Positions 11,991 through 24,278 of a stretch of DNA of 64,000 bases are shown here, piece after piece. Below the pieces are notes generated by a model. That model searched no databases. It saw only the letters and a list, made by a program, of their open reading frames with translations, and was not told where the DNA came from. The DNA lies in the NCBI GenBank assembly GCA_026770705.1, contig JANJGN010000013.1, forward strand, positions 57,536,001 to 57,600,000, read 5' to 3'. Source of the DNA: Isurus oxyrinchus (taxonomy: Eukaryota). The first letter of the stretch is position 1. Every line of letters begins with the position of its first letter. Position numbers and translations under genes: made by a program.

Positions 11991-12594
11991 AAAGATTATT
12001 GGGAATTACACACAAGTTGCATTTTTCCCACCACCCTCGGTCTTCTGGTATAGTCAAAAGGGAACCAGAACCATAAAGACGATGTCAAAAAAGTTATACA
12101 GATTACCCCACTCAGTGGGTTAATATGCTATTATTGTGCCTCATGGCCATAGGTCAATGCCTCACAGAATGAATGGGGTCTCCCCTTTGCAGGAAATGAC
12201 AGGGAGATGCATGAAAACTCCAGGCCATCTGACACTGACTAATTGGTCCAATGATACAGGAACCTTGGAGCTCCAAGTGGATAGAACAGAGAGTGGAACA
12301 TACAGCTGGGGTAAACCACCATGGGGCAAGGCATTTAGGAGCCAAAGGAGCAAGGCAAGAAATATTTTGACAAGAAAGTAAGACCATTTGAATTCCAGGA
12401 AGGGGGTCATGGTTATGGTGCTTAATTACAGCAAAAAGGAAAATGTATTTGAGCCAAAATGGAAAGTGCCATTTTCCATGGTAGACAAATTGAATCCAGC
12501 TGCATATCTGATACAGTTCCAGGAAATAGGGAAATCAAGGGCTAATGACAGGATGAGATAACATATCACTCAGTTAAAAGCTGCAAAAGAATAA
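11991..12594 (+). pseudogene. ERV integrase C-terminal remnant
   Basis: GITHKLHFSHHPRSSGIVKR (HPQSSGxVER-like), SMPHRMNGVSPLQEMTGR, EPKWKVPF (GPF/Y module), HITQLKAAKE*. Confidence 0.8.
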
Positions 12595-12654
12595 ATACTC
12601 CTCCTTTCTCAGTTTCAGATCAGACAGGAGGGTAATCAAACTAATACAATTGTG

Positions 12655-14000
12655 AATTTATTGCCATCACTAATTGCCCTTGAGAGGATGGTGGTGAGCT
12701 GCCTTATTGAATTGCTGCAATCCATGTGCTGCAGGAATGCCCACAGTCCTGTTAGGAAAGGAATTCCAGGATTTTGACCCAGCAGGGCAGTGAAGGTATA
12801 ATCTCAAGTCAGGATGGTGTGTGGCTCAGAAGGGATATTGCAGGTGGTGGTGATCTCATGCATCTGCTGCACTTCTAGGTAGTAGAGGTTATGGGTTTGG
12901 AAGGTGCTATCGAAGAAGCCTTGGTGAGTTGCTGCAGTGCATCTTGTAGATGGTACACACTGCTGCTACTGTGGTGAATGGAGTGAATGTTTATTGCACT
13001 GGATGGGATGCCAATCGAATGGGCTCCTGGATGGGGTAGAACTTCTTGAGTGTTGTGGGAGCTGCTCTCATCCAGGCAATCACAGAGTATTCCATCACAC
13101 TCTTGACTTGTGCCTAGTAGATGATGGACAGACTTTGGGAAGTCAGGAGGTGAGTTACTTGCTGCAGGATTCCCAGCCTCTGACTTGCTCTTGTAGCCAC
13201 AGTATTTATATGACTAGTCCAGCTCAGTTTCTGGTCAATGTTAACCCCTCAAGATGATGATAGTGGGGTATTCAGCAATGGCAATGTCAATGAATGTTAA
13301 GGGGAGATGGTTAAATTCTCCCTTGTTGGAGATGGTCATTGCCTTACGCTTGTGTGGCTTGAATGTTACTTGTCACTTATCAGCCTGAATATTCTCCAGG
13401 TCTTGTTGCATTAGGACATGGACTGCTTCAATACCTGAGAAGTTACAAATGGTACTGAACATTGTGCAATCATCAGTGAACATCCCCACTTCTGACCTTA
13501 TGATAGAGGGCCGACCATTAATGAAACAGCTGAAAATGGTTGGGCCAAGGACACTACCCTGAGGAACTCCTGCAGTGATGTCCTGGAGCTGAGATGATTG
13601 ACCTCCAACAACCACGGCCATCTTCCTTTGTGCTACCTTCGGAGAGTTTTACCCCTGATTTCCATTGACTCCAGTTTTGCTGGAGCTCCTTGATGCCACA
13701 CTCTGTCAAGTGCTGCCTTGATGTCAAGGGAAGTCACTCTCACCTCATCTCTTGAGTTCAGCTCTTTTGTCTGTGTTTGGACCAAGGCTGTAATGAGGTC
13801 AGGAGCTGGGTGGCCCTGGTGGAACCCAAACTGAGCATCAGTGAGCACATGATTGCTGAATATGTGCTGTTTGATAGTACTGTTGACAAGAGTGATGTGG
13901 TGGTAATTGGCTGGGTTAGATTTGTCCTGCTTTTTGTGAACAGGATAAACCTGGGTAATTTTCCATAATGTCAGGTAGATGCCAGTATAGTAGCATTATA
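12655..14000 (-). mobile_element. CR1-clade LINE fragment (RT + 3' tail)
   Basis: ORFs 13373-13621 and 13633-13848 with [26 protein letters not shown]. Confidence 0.9.
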
Positions 14001-14004
14001 GCAG

Positions 14005-15014
14005 TGTTGTTGAGCTTAAAAAAAAACAGGTTAGCTTTATTATACTTAAACTGATCTAAGTTAAATAATAAAATACACTCCAACTTTCACACATGTACAA
14101 TTGAAGGTCCCACATGCACACAAATAGATTACAGTGTGGGGAAAGATAGGTTGGTCAAATTAGAGACCATAAAACAAAAGGAATATACAGCCTGTAGTTT
14201 GGTGACTTGGTTGTCTCCAGGGTGAATTTGGTGGCCTTGCAAATTTTCTTCAGTGGTCCCAATATTTCTGGTTTAAACATGTAGATGGTTAATTTGGCTG
14301 TTTCCCTGGAGTCTCCATCTGCAGCAGGGGCACCCTGGATGGTCGGCAATCAGGGTTTGAAACTTTCAAGGTGGCTTGAAGAGAGAAGGAGGAAGTAGGG
14401 ACACTACTTGAGTCTTCCTTCATCAGTGTCTCAGCTGCTTGTCCTCCTGCTGCAGAGAAAGCAGAAGATTAAGCACACAAAGGGTAGGCCTGTCACATGA
14501 CCATCACCCAGTGAGTCAAATATGGTTGTCAATAATGTATTCCCCCTTGCAACTTTAACTATTCAATGTCTGGGAATCCCCCTCTGACAGTGAGGATCCG
14601 AAAGTTCAAGTTTAAGATATTAACATTGTAGCTTGACTAGTTCATGTTTGGGGACCCCCTTTCTGCTAGGGTCCTATTGTCCAAGCGATTAGACTGAATG
14701 CTTCATCTCCGTCAGTTGAATGCCTCAAGTAATTGCCTTGATGCCTCGCTACTGGGGACAGGATATGTGGTTCACTCATATTCCCCAAGTTATTGTCCTT
14801 GATGGATCTTTGCAGATATGCTGTTTCCTTCCCAATGGATTGGAATGTGGAATGTACATGGTGCAAAGTCAGGTAGCCAACTTTAGCTATGAGCTCAAGT
14901 CACTTGCAACTCTGCATTTCAAAAGTCTTTTTAAAAAAGTTCAGTTGAGGTTTCCAGCCTGATTAAAAATCATTATTTGACATAAAATACATTTTCATGA
15001 TATCTCTGAGCTCA
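14005..15014. mobile_element. Probable solo LTR of another family
   Basis: ~1 kb non-coding block between the LINE and the env remnant, with TGAGCT/AGCTCA-like inverted ends; no clean TSD seen. Confidence 0.35.
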
Positions 15015-15381
15015 CGTTTAACTTTGTGATGCAAGAGGAGGCAGTAAAGGCAATAGATCATCTAGGGTACCCCACATCCACTGTGTCCTTGAATCTAAAA
15101 TCCATAGTCATGTCTCATAATCACCTGGTAAAGATGAAACAAAACAATGAGGAGTGAGAGAAAGCAATTAGAAATCTAGGAGCTAAGCACTGGTGAGAAA
15201 CTGTTATGAATGTAGTTTAGCACCCCGGTTAAGAATCCTGTCTGCATTATTTGTACTAGTAAAGGTAGTGACAACCATCCTGATAATATTCATACTCTGT
15301 CACCTGAGACATCTCACCCTAAGACTTCAGAGACGTACCACTAATTTGGGTTGGCTGGCCCTGAAACCCATAAAGCAATGA
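15015..15381 (+). pseudogene. env-like C-terminal remnant (heptad segment, Trp pair, transmembrane helix)
   Basis: HLVKMKQNNEE*EKAIRNLGAKHW*ETVMN then, after a frameshift, PRLRILSALFVLVKVVTTILIIFILCHLRH…*, directly upstream of the 3' LTR. Confidence 0.5.
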
Positions 15382-18175
15382 CATAATTAATGATGGATCA
15401 ATAAGTCTATTTCACCCTTAAGCAGGCAACTTGCAGTAAAAATCAGGTTTAATAATTAGTTTGTAGTCCAGTTATGCGTAATAATCAAGTACTTAAATAA
15501 TGTTAATTAATTAGCCAATATTATATTCTACTTAATTTTAATTAATGTCAGACACATGTGACTATATCTTTGTCTCTGAAGATGTAGCTGTATTCCTGCC
15601 CAACAAGTGAAACATACAACATGGCCTTAGCCTATGTGCAAAACTACGGTTTCGTGGTTCAATCACAGAGTTATTTCTGTGAAGACAGTCAAGGTTGAAT
15701 GGTCTGGTGCCTAAAGCTGGAATTGGGTCTGCACACAAGCTCCCTGGCCATTAAAACCTATCAGCTATACTTGATTCACAGAGTTAACAGTGTCCCCTTT
15801 TGTGATAGAAGAACTGTCATCCTTCAGCCTTGAGTTCTGTGTTTTTAGATTGGCTTATTTCTTTTAATATGGCATTAAGTTGTAAATTGCACAGTAACGT
15901 CTTAAAAAGAAGCAGTTGCCTTCTTGCCAAGATAAATTATATAACACTTCTATGTATTACTTTGCTTCTGTGAGCTTAAGAATTAAGTTCCGTAATTACT
16001 TTTGTTGTTATGCAGTCTTTTTCCTTCTGCTCTTGTTATTTACAAATATGTATTAATTAAATGTATCCTGCTATATTTTGTAAGTATTTCTTACTACCTC
16101 ATTTTTATCCACTTATTGCCTTTATAGACTTGTTTCATACATGTGATATGGACAGGGGAGATAGATAGACTGAAACCTCCAATTCCCTTTCCTGTCTGTC
16201 CTTAATTAGTGTAGTTTAATTTAGATAAGACTGATGTGTTTTCCCATCCCCCATTGGTGTGCAGTCAATTTACAACTCACCAGCAGCAGACTTCCATGCA
16301 TTTAAATGCTATTTATTCACACACTCATCCCACAAAGGTTTATTGCCACGTCAATCACACAACACACGCCCAAGGAAGATACAATTAAAGTCAGTAGTGC
16401 ACTTCTACAAATATTAAAACCAAACAGGATAGATGGCTATTCACATGTCTCTGAGAGTCCAGTGAAGGTGGGAGCTTTCCCCACTCCGGAATTAAAGTTC
16501 AGGTAAGTTCAGATAGCTGGGGTCAAACTCAGATTAACTGAAGGGTTCCTTCAAAGTAAAGACTGTCCAACAAGCTGTGTTGACAGGCCCTGATGGCTGT
16601 TGTAACTGGAGGTCCAATTTCTTTCAGGTAAACTTGGAGCTGTTTGAAATAGTTTGCAGGAGGCTTTTAAAAGGCTTTAAGCCTCACAGGTCTTGAAAAG
16701 GCAGCATGATACTATCTTTCTTTGCAGCTGTGATGTTGTTGCTGGTATCTTGCAGATTGCACTGTCTCTCAGTTTTTGGATAAAAGGAATTCAAAATCAG
16801 AGAGCACTTTCAATCACATGATGAATTGCCACCTATGCACAATGGAAGGCAAATGATGATCTTCCATATTGAAAGTGTTCCAGTCACTTGGACAAAAGCC
16901 ACTGAATTCAAAGGGACCTGCCAATGCTTGGCATGATTTAATTAAAAATGAATAACATAACAAAAGTGTACACTGAGACAGTACACAGCCTAATGATTCA
17001 TGTAGAAATTACAAAGATACTTCATACATAAAATCTACACATAACATGTGTCATAACATGTGTGGGATGAAGATAATATAATTTAAAAAAATATATTTAT
17101 ATACTTATATTCCTTTTAAAATGTACCTTGATGAACTGTAAGATGGCTGCTGTGTAGCTACCTGACTTTTGCAACAGTCTAACAAGCTTTCTTGAAAGTT
17201 CCAAGTTGGATTATAATGACCAGGGTTCTCCCTTGAATTGACATACCTAAAACAGCACTCTTCTGTGGAATTTCATATTTGCTAGTGTCAAGGCTTACTC
17301 CAAAACACAGGGACAATAAACTCGCAGACTCTCTGACCGAGGGTCTGCCATGTAATAAAGGAGGGCTATCGAGACAGAGTATCCACAATGAAGTGTGGAA
17401 GACCAGGTGACTGAAGGGCTAACTTGGGAGACAAGGCCCACACTGAGCCAGTAAAGTCTTTGCCTAATGTTTGATAATATTTTTGAGTAAGGTGGACTAC
17501 GTCTGAATGAAACGGAGACAGAGAGACTACTTGGAAATTTGATTTAAAGTGGGAATTCAATGGGTAGCTCTTTCTCAAGCTTAATTTTAGTTTAAGAGTC
17601 AGACCCTGGCCTAGAAGTAGAAGTAATTAACCTTCAAATAAATTAAATTGCATTGTTGAACAGGAGTCAGCCTGGTTCAGCTGAAAGCCCTTGGTTCAAT
17701 TCAGTTTATTAACAGTTGCATTGAGTACAAGAGTAAGGAGGTCTTGTTGAACTTGTAAAAGATACCAGTTAGGCCTCATCTGGAGTACTGTGTCCAGTTT
17801 TGGCAGGAAATTTGCATGAATGATTCCAGGGATAAAGAACTGAGGATAGATTGGAGAGGTTGGGACTGTTTTCCTTGGAGAAAAGAAGGCTGAGAGGAGA
17901 CTTGATAGAAATATTCAAGATCCTGGGTAAATAATGAGAAACTGTTCCCACTCGAGGGAGCATCAAGAACTAGAGGGCACAGGTTCAAAATAGCTGGCAA
18001 AAGGGGTAAAAGTGATATGAGAAAAAATGTTTTCACACATAGAGTGGTTGGAGTCTGGAATAAATTCCTGAGAGAGTAATGGAGGCAGGTTCAATCGGAG
18101 TATTAAAAAGAGAAACAAAAACAAAAATGCCTGGAAAAACTCTGCAGGTCTGACAGCATCTACAGAGAGGAGCAC

Positions 18176-18214
18176 AGTTGACATTTCAAGTCCATATAAC
18201 TCTTCATTAGAACT
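18176..18214 (-). ncRNA. Degenerate hammerhead motif in 3' pLTR
   Basis: AGTT-CTAATGA-AGAGT-TATATGG-ACTT-GAAA-T-GTC-AACT. Confidence 0.5.
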
Positions 18215-21200
18215 AAGGAAATAGAGAAATGAGGTGAACTATAAGCTGGTGGGGTGGGGGGGGGGGGAGAGACAGGTAGAGCTGGGTATGGGGCCAGTGA
18301 TAGCTGGAGGCAAAGAAGGGATTGCTAAAGATGTCATAGACAAAAGGACAAAGGGGTGTTGATGGTGGTGATATTATCTGAGGAATGTACTAATGGGGAC
18401 ATTAAGGGTAGCAAGCTGGATAAGCTAGTGGCAGATGGCCCTAGTGGGGGTGGGGTGGGGTGGGGGGAAGGGATCGAAATGGGCTAAAAGGTGGAGATAA
18501 AACAGTAGATTGAAATAAATTTAAAAATAGGTGGGAAAAGAAACATATGTTTGTAAAAAAATGATAAATTATTGGAAAAAGGGGGATTGGAAAGGGGGTG
18601 GGGATGGAGGAGAGAGTTCATGATCTGAAATTGTTGAACTCAATATTAAGTCCAGAAGGCTCTAAAGTGCCTAGTCAGAAGATGAGGTGCTGTTCCACCA
18701 GTTTGCATTGAGCATCACTGGAACATTGCAGCAGGCCAAGGATGGGCATGTGGGCATGAGAGCAAGGTGGTGTGTTGAAATGGCAAGCGACAGGGAAGTC
18801 TGGGTCATGCTTGCGGACAGACTGAAGGTGTTCTGCAAAGCAGTCACCCAGTCTGCGTTTGGTCTCTCCAATGTACAGGAGACCGCATTGGGAGCAGCGA
18901 ATGCAGTAGACTAAATTGAGGGAAATGCAAGTGACATGCTGCTTCACTTGAAAGGAGTGTTTGGGCCCTTGGATGGTGAGGAGGGGGGAAGTAAAGGAGC
19001 AGGTGTTGCAACTTTTGCGGTTGCATGGGAAGGTGCCATGGGAGGGGGTTGAAGTGTAGGGGTTGATGGAGGAGTGGTCCAGGGTGTCCTGAAGGGAATG
19101 ATCACTGCAGAAAGCCACCAGGTAGGGGTGAAGGGAAGATGTGTTTGGTGGTGGCATCATGCTGGAGTTGGCGGAAATGGCGGAGGATGACCCTTTGAAC
19201 ACGCAGGCCAGTGGGGTGATAAGTGAGGACAAGGGGAACACTATAATGGTTCTGGGAGGGAGAGGAAGGTGTGAGGGTGGATGTGTGGGAGATGGGCTGG
19301 ACATGATTGAGGGCCCTGTCAACCACCGTGGGTGTTAAACCTCAGTTAAGGAAGAAGGAAGATATGTCAGAGGAACTGTTTTTGAAAGTGGCATCATCAG
19401 AACAGATGCGATGGAGGCGAAGGGACTGAGAGAGTGGGATGGGGTCCTTACAGGAAACGAGGTGTGAGGAGCTGTCATCAAGGTAGCTGTGGGAGTCAGT
19501 GGGTTTGTAATGAATATTGGTGGATAGCCTATCACCAGAAATTGAGACTGAGAGGTCAAGGAAGGGAAGGGAAGTGTCAATGATGGACCACATGAAAATG
19601 ATGGAGGGGTGGAAATTGGAAGCAGAATTAATAAAATTTTTCCAGATCCAGACAAGAGCATGAAGCAGCACCAAAGCAGTCATCGATGTATTGGAGAAAG
19701 AGCTGTGGGAGGGGGCCGGAGTAGGACTCGAACAAGGAATGTTCTACACACCCCATAAAGAGACAAGCATAACTTGCCCATGCAGGTGCCCATAGCCACA
19801 CCTTTTAGTTGGAGGAAGTGTGATGAGTTTAAGGAGAAATTGTTCAGTGAGAGAACAAGTTCAGCCAGACGGAGGAGAGTAGTGGTGGATGGGGACTGTT
19901 CAGGCCTCTGTTTGAGGAAGAAGCGGAGAGCCCTCAGACCATCCCGGTGGGGGATGGAGGTGTAGAGGGATTGGACGTCCATGGTGAAGAGGAGGCAGTT
20001 GGGGCCAGGGAACTGGAAATTGTTGAGCATGACAGGAATCACGAATGTAGGTGGGAAGAGACTGGACAAGGGGAGAGAGAATGGAGTCAAGATAGCAAGA
20101 AATGAGTTCCATGGGGCAGGAACAGGCTGACATGATCTGTCTGCTGCGACAGTTCTGTTTGTGGATTTTGAGTAGGAGGGCCGTGCGAGGTTGGGAGACT
20201 ATGAAGTTGGAAGCTGTGGAGGGAAGATCTCCAGAGGAGGAGGTCAGTGATAGTCCTGGAAACAATGGCTTGATGTTCAGTGGTGGGGTCATGGTCCAGG
20301 GGGAGGTAGTAGGAAGTGTCTGTGAGTTGACTCTCAACCTCTGCGAGGTAGAGGTCAGTGCACCAGACAACAACAGCACCACCCTTGTCAGCGGGTTTGA
20401 TGACAATGTCAGGGTTGGACCTGAGAGAACGGAGTGCAGCAAGTTCAGAAAGAGACAGATTAGAGTGGATGAGAGGAGCAGAGAAATTGAGGCGACTGAT
20501 GTCACACCGACAGTTCTCAATGAAAAGATCAAGAGAAGGTAAGAATCCAGAGGGAGGGTCCAGGTGGAGGGAGAATATTGGTGGCAGGTAAAAGAATCTG
20601 TTGAATGGGGAGGGGACTCCTGCCCAAAGAAGTGAGCATGGAGACAAAGGCGGTGGAAGAAGAGTTCAGCACCATGCTGAGCCCGAAATTCATTGAGGTG
20701 AGGGCGTGAGGGTATGAAACTGAGTCCTTTGCTGAGCACTGAACGTTCAGCGTCAGAGAAGGGAAGGTCAGGGGGTATGGTGAATACATGGCCAGGGCTG
20801 GGATTGCAAGATGGGATGGGGACAGAGGGATGGGCAGGGGTGGAGGGTCCTGGCGTTGGTGTGGATGAGTTGTTGGAGCTTGCGTTCCTTTGCACCTGAA
20901 AGAAAGACAAAGTTTCTTGTTGAAGCGTTGGATGAGACGAAGAATAATATGAAACTGGGGCCAAGGACAGCTTAGAGATAGGGTGCGTCAGTGCTGCTGG
21001 AGGGAGAGGTTGAGTGTGTTCATATGGCAGCGCATGGCACTGAGTGTGGATCTCAGGATGCGGCGAGAACTGCAGTCTAAGGATCGTTGTATGTCCCGGA
21101 GATACCTGTAATCCTGAGTGGGTTCGAAACATGAGGGATGGAACTTCAGTTGGAATCCATCTGGGGTAAGTCGGAGATGGAGACAGTCACTGAAGAATGA

Positions 21201-21474
21201 AATATGGCTGTGAAAGCAAGTTTTAGTAAACACCTTGTCACACACCAGGAGAAAAATGGAAAGCAATGAAGGTGAGCAGGGCAAAAGAGTCAGGTGGAAA
21301 TCCTGTCGGAGAGAAGAGTGATACTTCTTCAAGGTAGACATTCCTTGAAGAGAGGTGGCAGTCAATTAAACACTAAGATAAAAGCAAAATCCTGTGGGTG
21401 CTGGAAATCTGAAACAAAAACAAAAATACCTGGAAAAACTCAGCAGGTCTGACAGCATCTGCAGAGAGGAACAC

Positions 21475-21513
21475 AGTTGACAGTTCGAGTCCGTATAACT
21501 CTACATCAGAACT
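21475..21513 (-). ncRNA. Degenerate hammerhead motif in 5' pLTR
   Basis: AGTT-CTGATGT-AGAGT-TATACGG-ACTC-GAAC-T-GTC-AACT. Confidence 0.5.
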
Positions 21514-22126
21514 AAGGAAATAGAGAAATAAGGTAAAATATAAGCTGGTAGAGGGGGGTGGGACAGATGGAACTGGGTAGGGGGCCAGTGATAGGTGGAG
21601 GCAAAGAAGGGATTGCCAAAGATGTCACAGACAAAAGGACAAAGAGGTGTTGATGGTGGTGATATTATCTAAAGGATGTGCTAATGGGGATATTAAGGGT
21701 AGCAAGCAGGACAAGCTAGTGGCAGATGGCCTAAGTGGGGGTAGGATGGGGGGAAAGGATTGAAATGGGCTAAAAGGCAGAGATAAAACAATAGATCGAA
21801 ATAAATTTAAAAATAGGTGGGAAAAGAAAAATATATTTTTTAAAAAGAGAATTGGATTGCTATCTAAAAAGAGAAAACATGCAAGACTATGGGAATAAGT
21901 CAGGGGGTGGGACTTTCAGAGAGCCAGTGCAGAGTCGATGGGCTGAATTGCCTTCTTCTGCACTGTGATTCTGTGATATGTATTACCTTTGTTACTAAGT
22001 AAATGTTACCTGATATTATAACATCAGATTATCTCTTACTGTCTGCGGGTTATAGTCTGAAACAAATTAACATTAGTGGGCAAGGACTTATGAAGTTAGA
22101 CATATAACAGCCAGGGAACTCTGACA

Positions 22127-22885
22127 CTCAACATCACCTCTCTCGATCTCTCCAGTCTCTGAAATTTCTCACATTGCCCATCCAATATCTAGCAGTGGAT
22201 GAACAGGTATTTCCTCAAACTAAACATTGAGAAGACTAAACTATTATCTTAGATCCCAGCTACAAAATCGTCCTCTAGCTGCTGACTCCAAATAGCCTTT
22301 TGCCAAATATCTGATGTTGAACTGGACAGTTCATGGACTTACTGGCGTGTTTGGCCCTAAATGAGTTCCTGATGATGTATTAGCTCCACCAGCAAGATCA
22401 TTGACTTTCACCTCTGTAATGCCCACCTCTGCCCTGCTGAAGCCCTGATCCATCCAGTCCAAATGTGACTATTCCAATGCTCTTCCACCTTATGTAAATT
22501 TGAGCTCATCCAGACCTCTGCTGCTCATATTCTAACTCATAGTAGCGCTCATTCACCCATCACTCCTGTGCACAATGATTACATTGGATTCAAGTTCAAC
22601 AGTGCCTTGATTTTAAAATTATTATATCTGTTTCCAAATCCCTCTATGACCTTATCTGCACTCTTCCCCACCAGCCCCATCTGAGTAACCTCTTCCAGAG
22701 ATCTCTTCAATCTTCCAATTCTGGTCTCAGCATCCATGATTTTAATCATTCTAACATTCCTTCAGCCGGCTGGGCCCTCAGCTCTGGAGTTCCCTCTCTA
22801 AAACTCTCCTTCTCTCTGCCCCTTTCTGTCCTGATAAGCCACTGCTTAAACCTACCTCTTTTACCAAATTTTAGGTCAAACTTTA
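22127..22885 (+). mobile_element. L2-like LINE 3' region
   Basis: Decayed L2 RT-tail motifs (gactattccaatgctct, ctcatccagacctctgctgc, tcacccatcactcctgtgc, ttgattttaaaatt). Confidence 0.7.
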
Positions 22886-22887
22886 GG

Positions 22888-23262
22888 GGAAGGTGGTGCT
22901 ACAGTGGTAATGTCACTGGACTAGTAATTCATTCACTCAGGCAAATGCTCTGGGGATATGGGTTCAAATCCCCCCAATAGAACTCAAATTCAACCAACAA
23001 ATCTGGAATTGAAAGCTAGTTTTCATGGTGACCATGAACTGATCATTAATTGTTGTAAAATACACATCCAGTTCAATAATGTCCTTTGGGGAAGGAAACC
23101 TGCCATCTATACCTGGTTTGGCTTGGCCTATGTGTGACTCTAGGTAGGAACATAGTTGACTTTTAACTGCCCTTGGAAATGTTCAATCAAGGGAAATTAG
23201 GGATTGGCAACAAATGCTGGCCTTGCCAGTGACACCCTCATCTCAGGGAATAATAAAGAAAA
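22888..23262 (+). mobile_element. tRNA-derived SINE
   Basis: A-box-like ggtgctacagtgg, B-box gggttcaaatcc, and a 3' tail shared with the CR1-clade LINE (aaatgctggccttgccagtgac…). Confidence 0.85.
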
Positions 23263-23312
23263 CTTATAATGTGGCTTGGGGTCACATTTTGTTTTATTAT
23301 GCCTTTGGATAT

Positions 23313-24278
23313 TGTTACGAAGATGTACTTTTTGGAAGAAAAAGATACAACTTCTAATGCTTATTTTCTAGCCAGATGTTAATAAACTGCAATTCCATGA
23401 AGACAATGGAAAGACTGCCAGCCAGACGAATATACAACTTGCATCGCACCCCAAGTGGGATAAAAAGGAACAGAGCCTCAACTGTGCCTCCCCATCCCTG
23501 CCCCCAGGGAATGGGAAAGAACCCATCTCCTGTTGACATTTACACTAATGCTCTTAAAAAGTTTCTGAAGTGAGACATCAAATGTGCATTAACCCTTTCT
23601 ACAATAAAATGACTACGGTTGACATAGTAATTGAATTGCTCTGGAATAAACAGCCAGCAGGACTTTAATAACTGCTTGCCAAGCCAGGGAGAGGAGTGGA
23701 GATGGAAATGCTATGCTGAAAGGCTGAAAATAAAGTGTCTCTCCCTCTCTTGAAAGTTTTGTGGCTGATTTTCATAGCGCCATTCTGAGAAGAATAATCT
23801 GCTGCAAACTGAGATCTTTGGGGATAAAACATTGAAATCTTTGCTGTACAGCTACATCCAGGAACACAACTGAACAAAATGGCTGCAATGTGGAATCACT
23901 GCATCGAGACCAGCTAAAGGACAGTTAAGTGTGTATTTCTTTGCTTATTTTCTTCACGAATTGTAAAAATTTTTAAGCCTATTCTATCATCTGCACCAGT
24001 GTCTGTGTGGGGCCTGGGGAATGTGGGTGAGATACGAATGAGGATTACAATTTACTTAGTTTTTTCTTGCTTGGAAAGTAGGATCAATAAATTTAAATTG
24101 TTTTTGGACTTAAATTCAGAAAAGCTGTCTGAATAATTCTTTATAATCTGATAGTAGGACTCCTGCAATATTGGCAAAGCATATCCTCACTAAATTCACA
24201 CAGAAATCTTGTTACAGCCAGACCTGGAGTGGTAAATTAGGGGAATCAATTTTTACTCCTCCTCATGTGGTTGTAATA
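23313..24278 (+). mobile_element. Solo LTR (Gypsy-like) inserted in the L2 tail
   Basis: TGTTAC…GTAATA termini, near-TSD ATAT/ACAT, AATAAA near 24086; the L2 tail resumes at 24279. Confidence 0.6.

Larger units (their letters stand above)
18115..21839 (-). mobile_element. Near-full-length Penelope-like element (RT + GIY-YIG) with tandem pseudo-LTRs; frameshifted
   Basis: LLFTMDVQSLYTSIPH, GVAMGTCMG, IKPADKGGAVVV, NLVYCIRCSQCGLLYIGETKRRL. Direct repeats ~18115-18560 and ~21376-21839. 12-bp TSD TTAAAAAGAGAA (18103-18114, 21840-21851). Confidence 0.93.
17700..21975 (+). mobile_element. CR1 3' end split by a Penelope insertion (17700-18114 and 21840-21975)
   Basis: CR1 tail motifs (gagtactgtgtccagttttgg, agaaggctgagaggagacttgatag, …ttctgcactgtgattctgtgat). 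Confidence 0.8.
5557..22126 (+). mobile_element. Degraded LTR retroelement / endogenous retrovirus (LTR-PBS-gag-pro-[RT missing]-IN-env-like-LTR) with nested insertions
   Basis: TG...CA termini (TGTAGTAAAAATC at 5557; GAACTCTGACA ending 22126), 4-bp TSD CTCA (5553-5556 and 22127-22130), two homologous LTRs, PBS, and gag/pro/IN motifs. Confidence 0.88.
15432..22126 (+). repeat. 3' LTR, fragmented: 15432-16143 direct, ~16890-17048 inverted, ~21975-22126 terminal piece
   Basis: Homology to the 5' LTR segments; interrupted by other LTR-like sequence, CR1 and Penelope. Confidence 0.8.

Noticed and set aside
208-21365. Numerous short ORFs antisense or off-frame to Penelope/CR1 (for example 208-564, 992-1318, 19900-21132)
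   Set aside because: Shadow frames of decayed retroelement coding sequence
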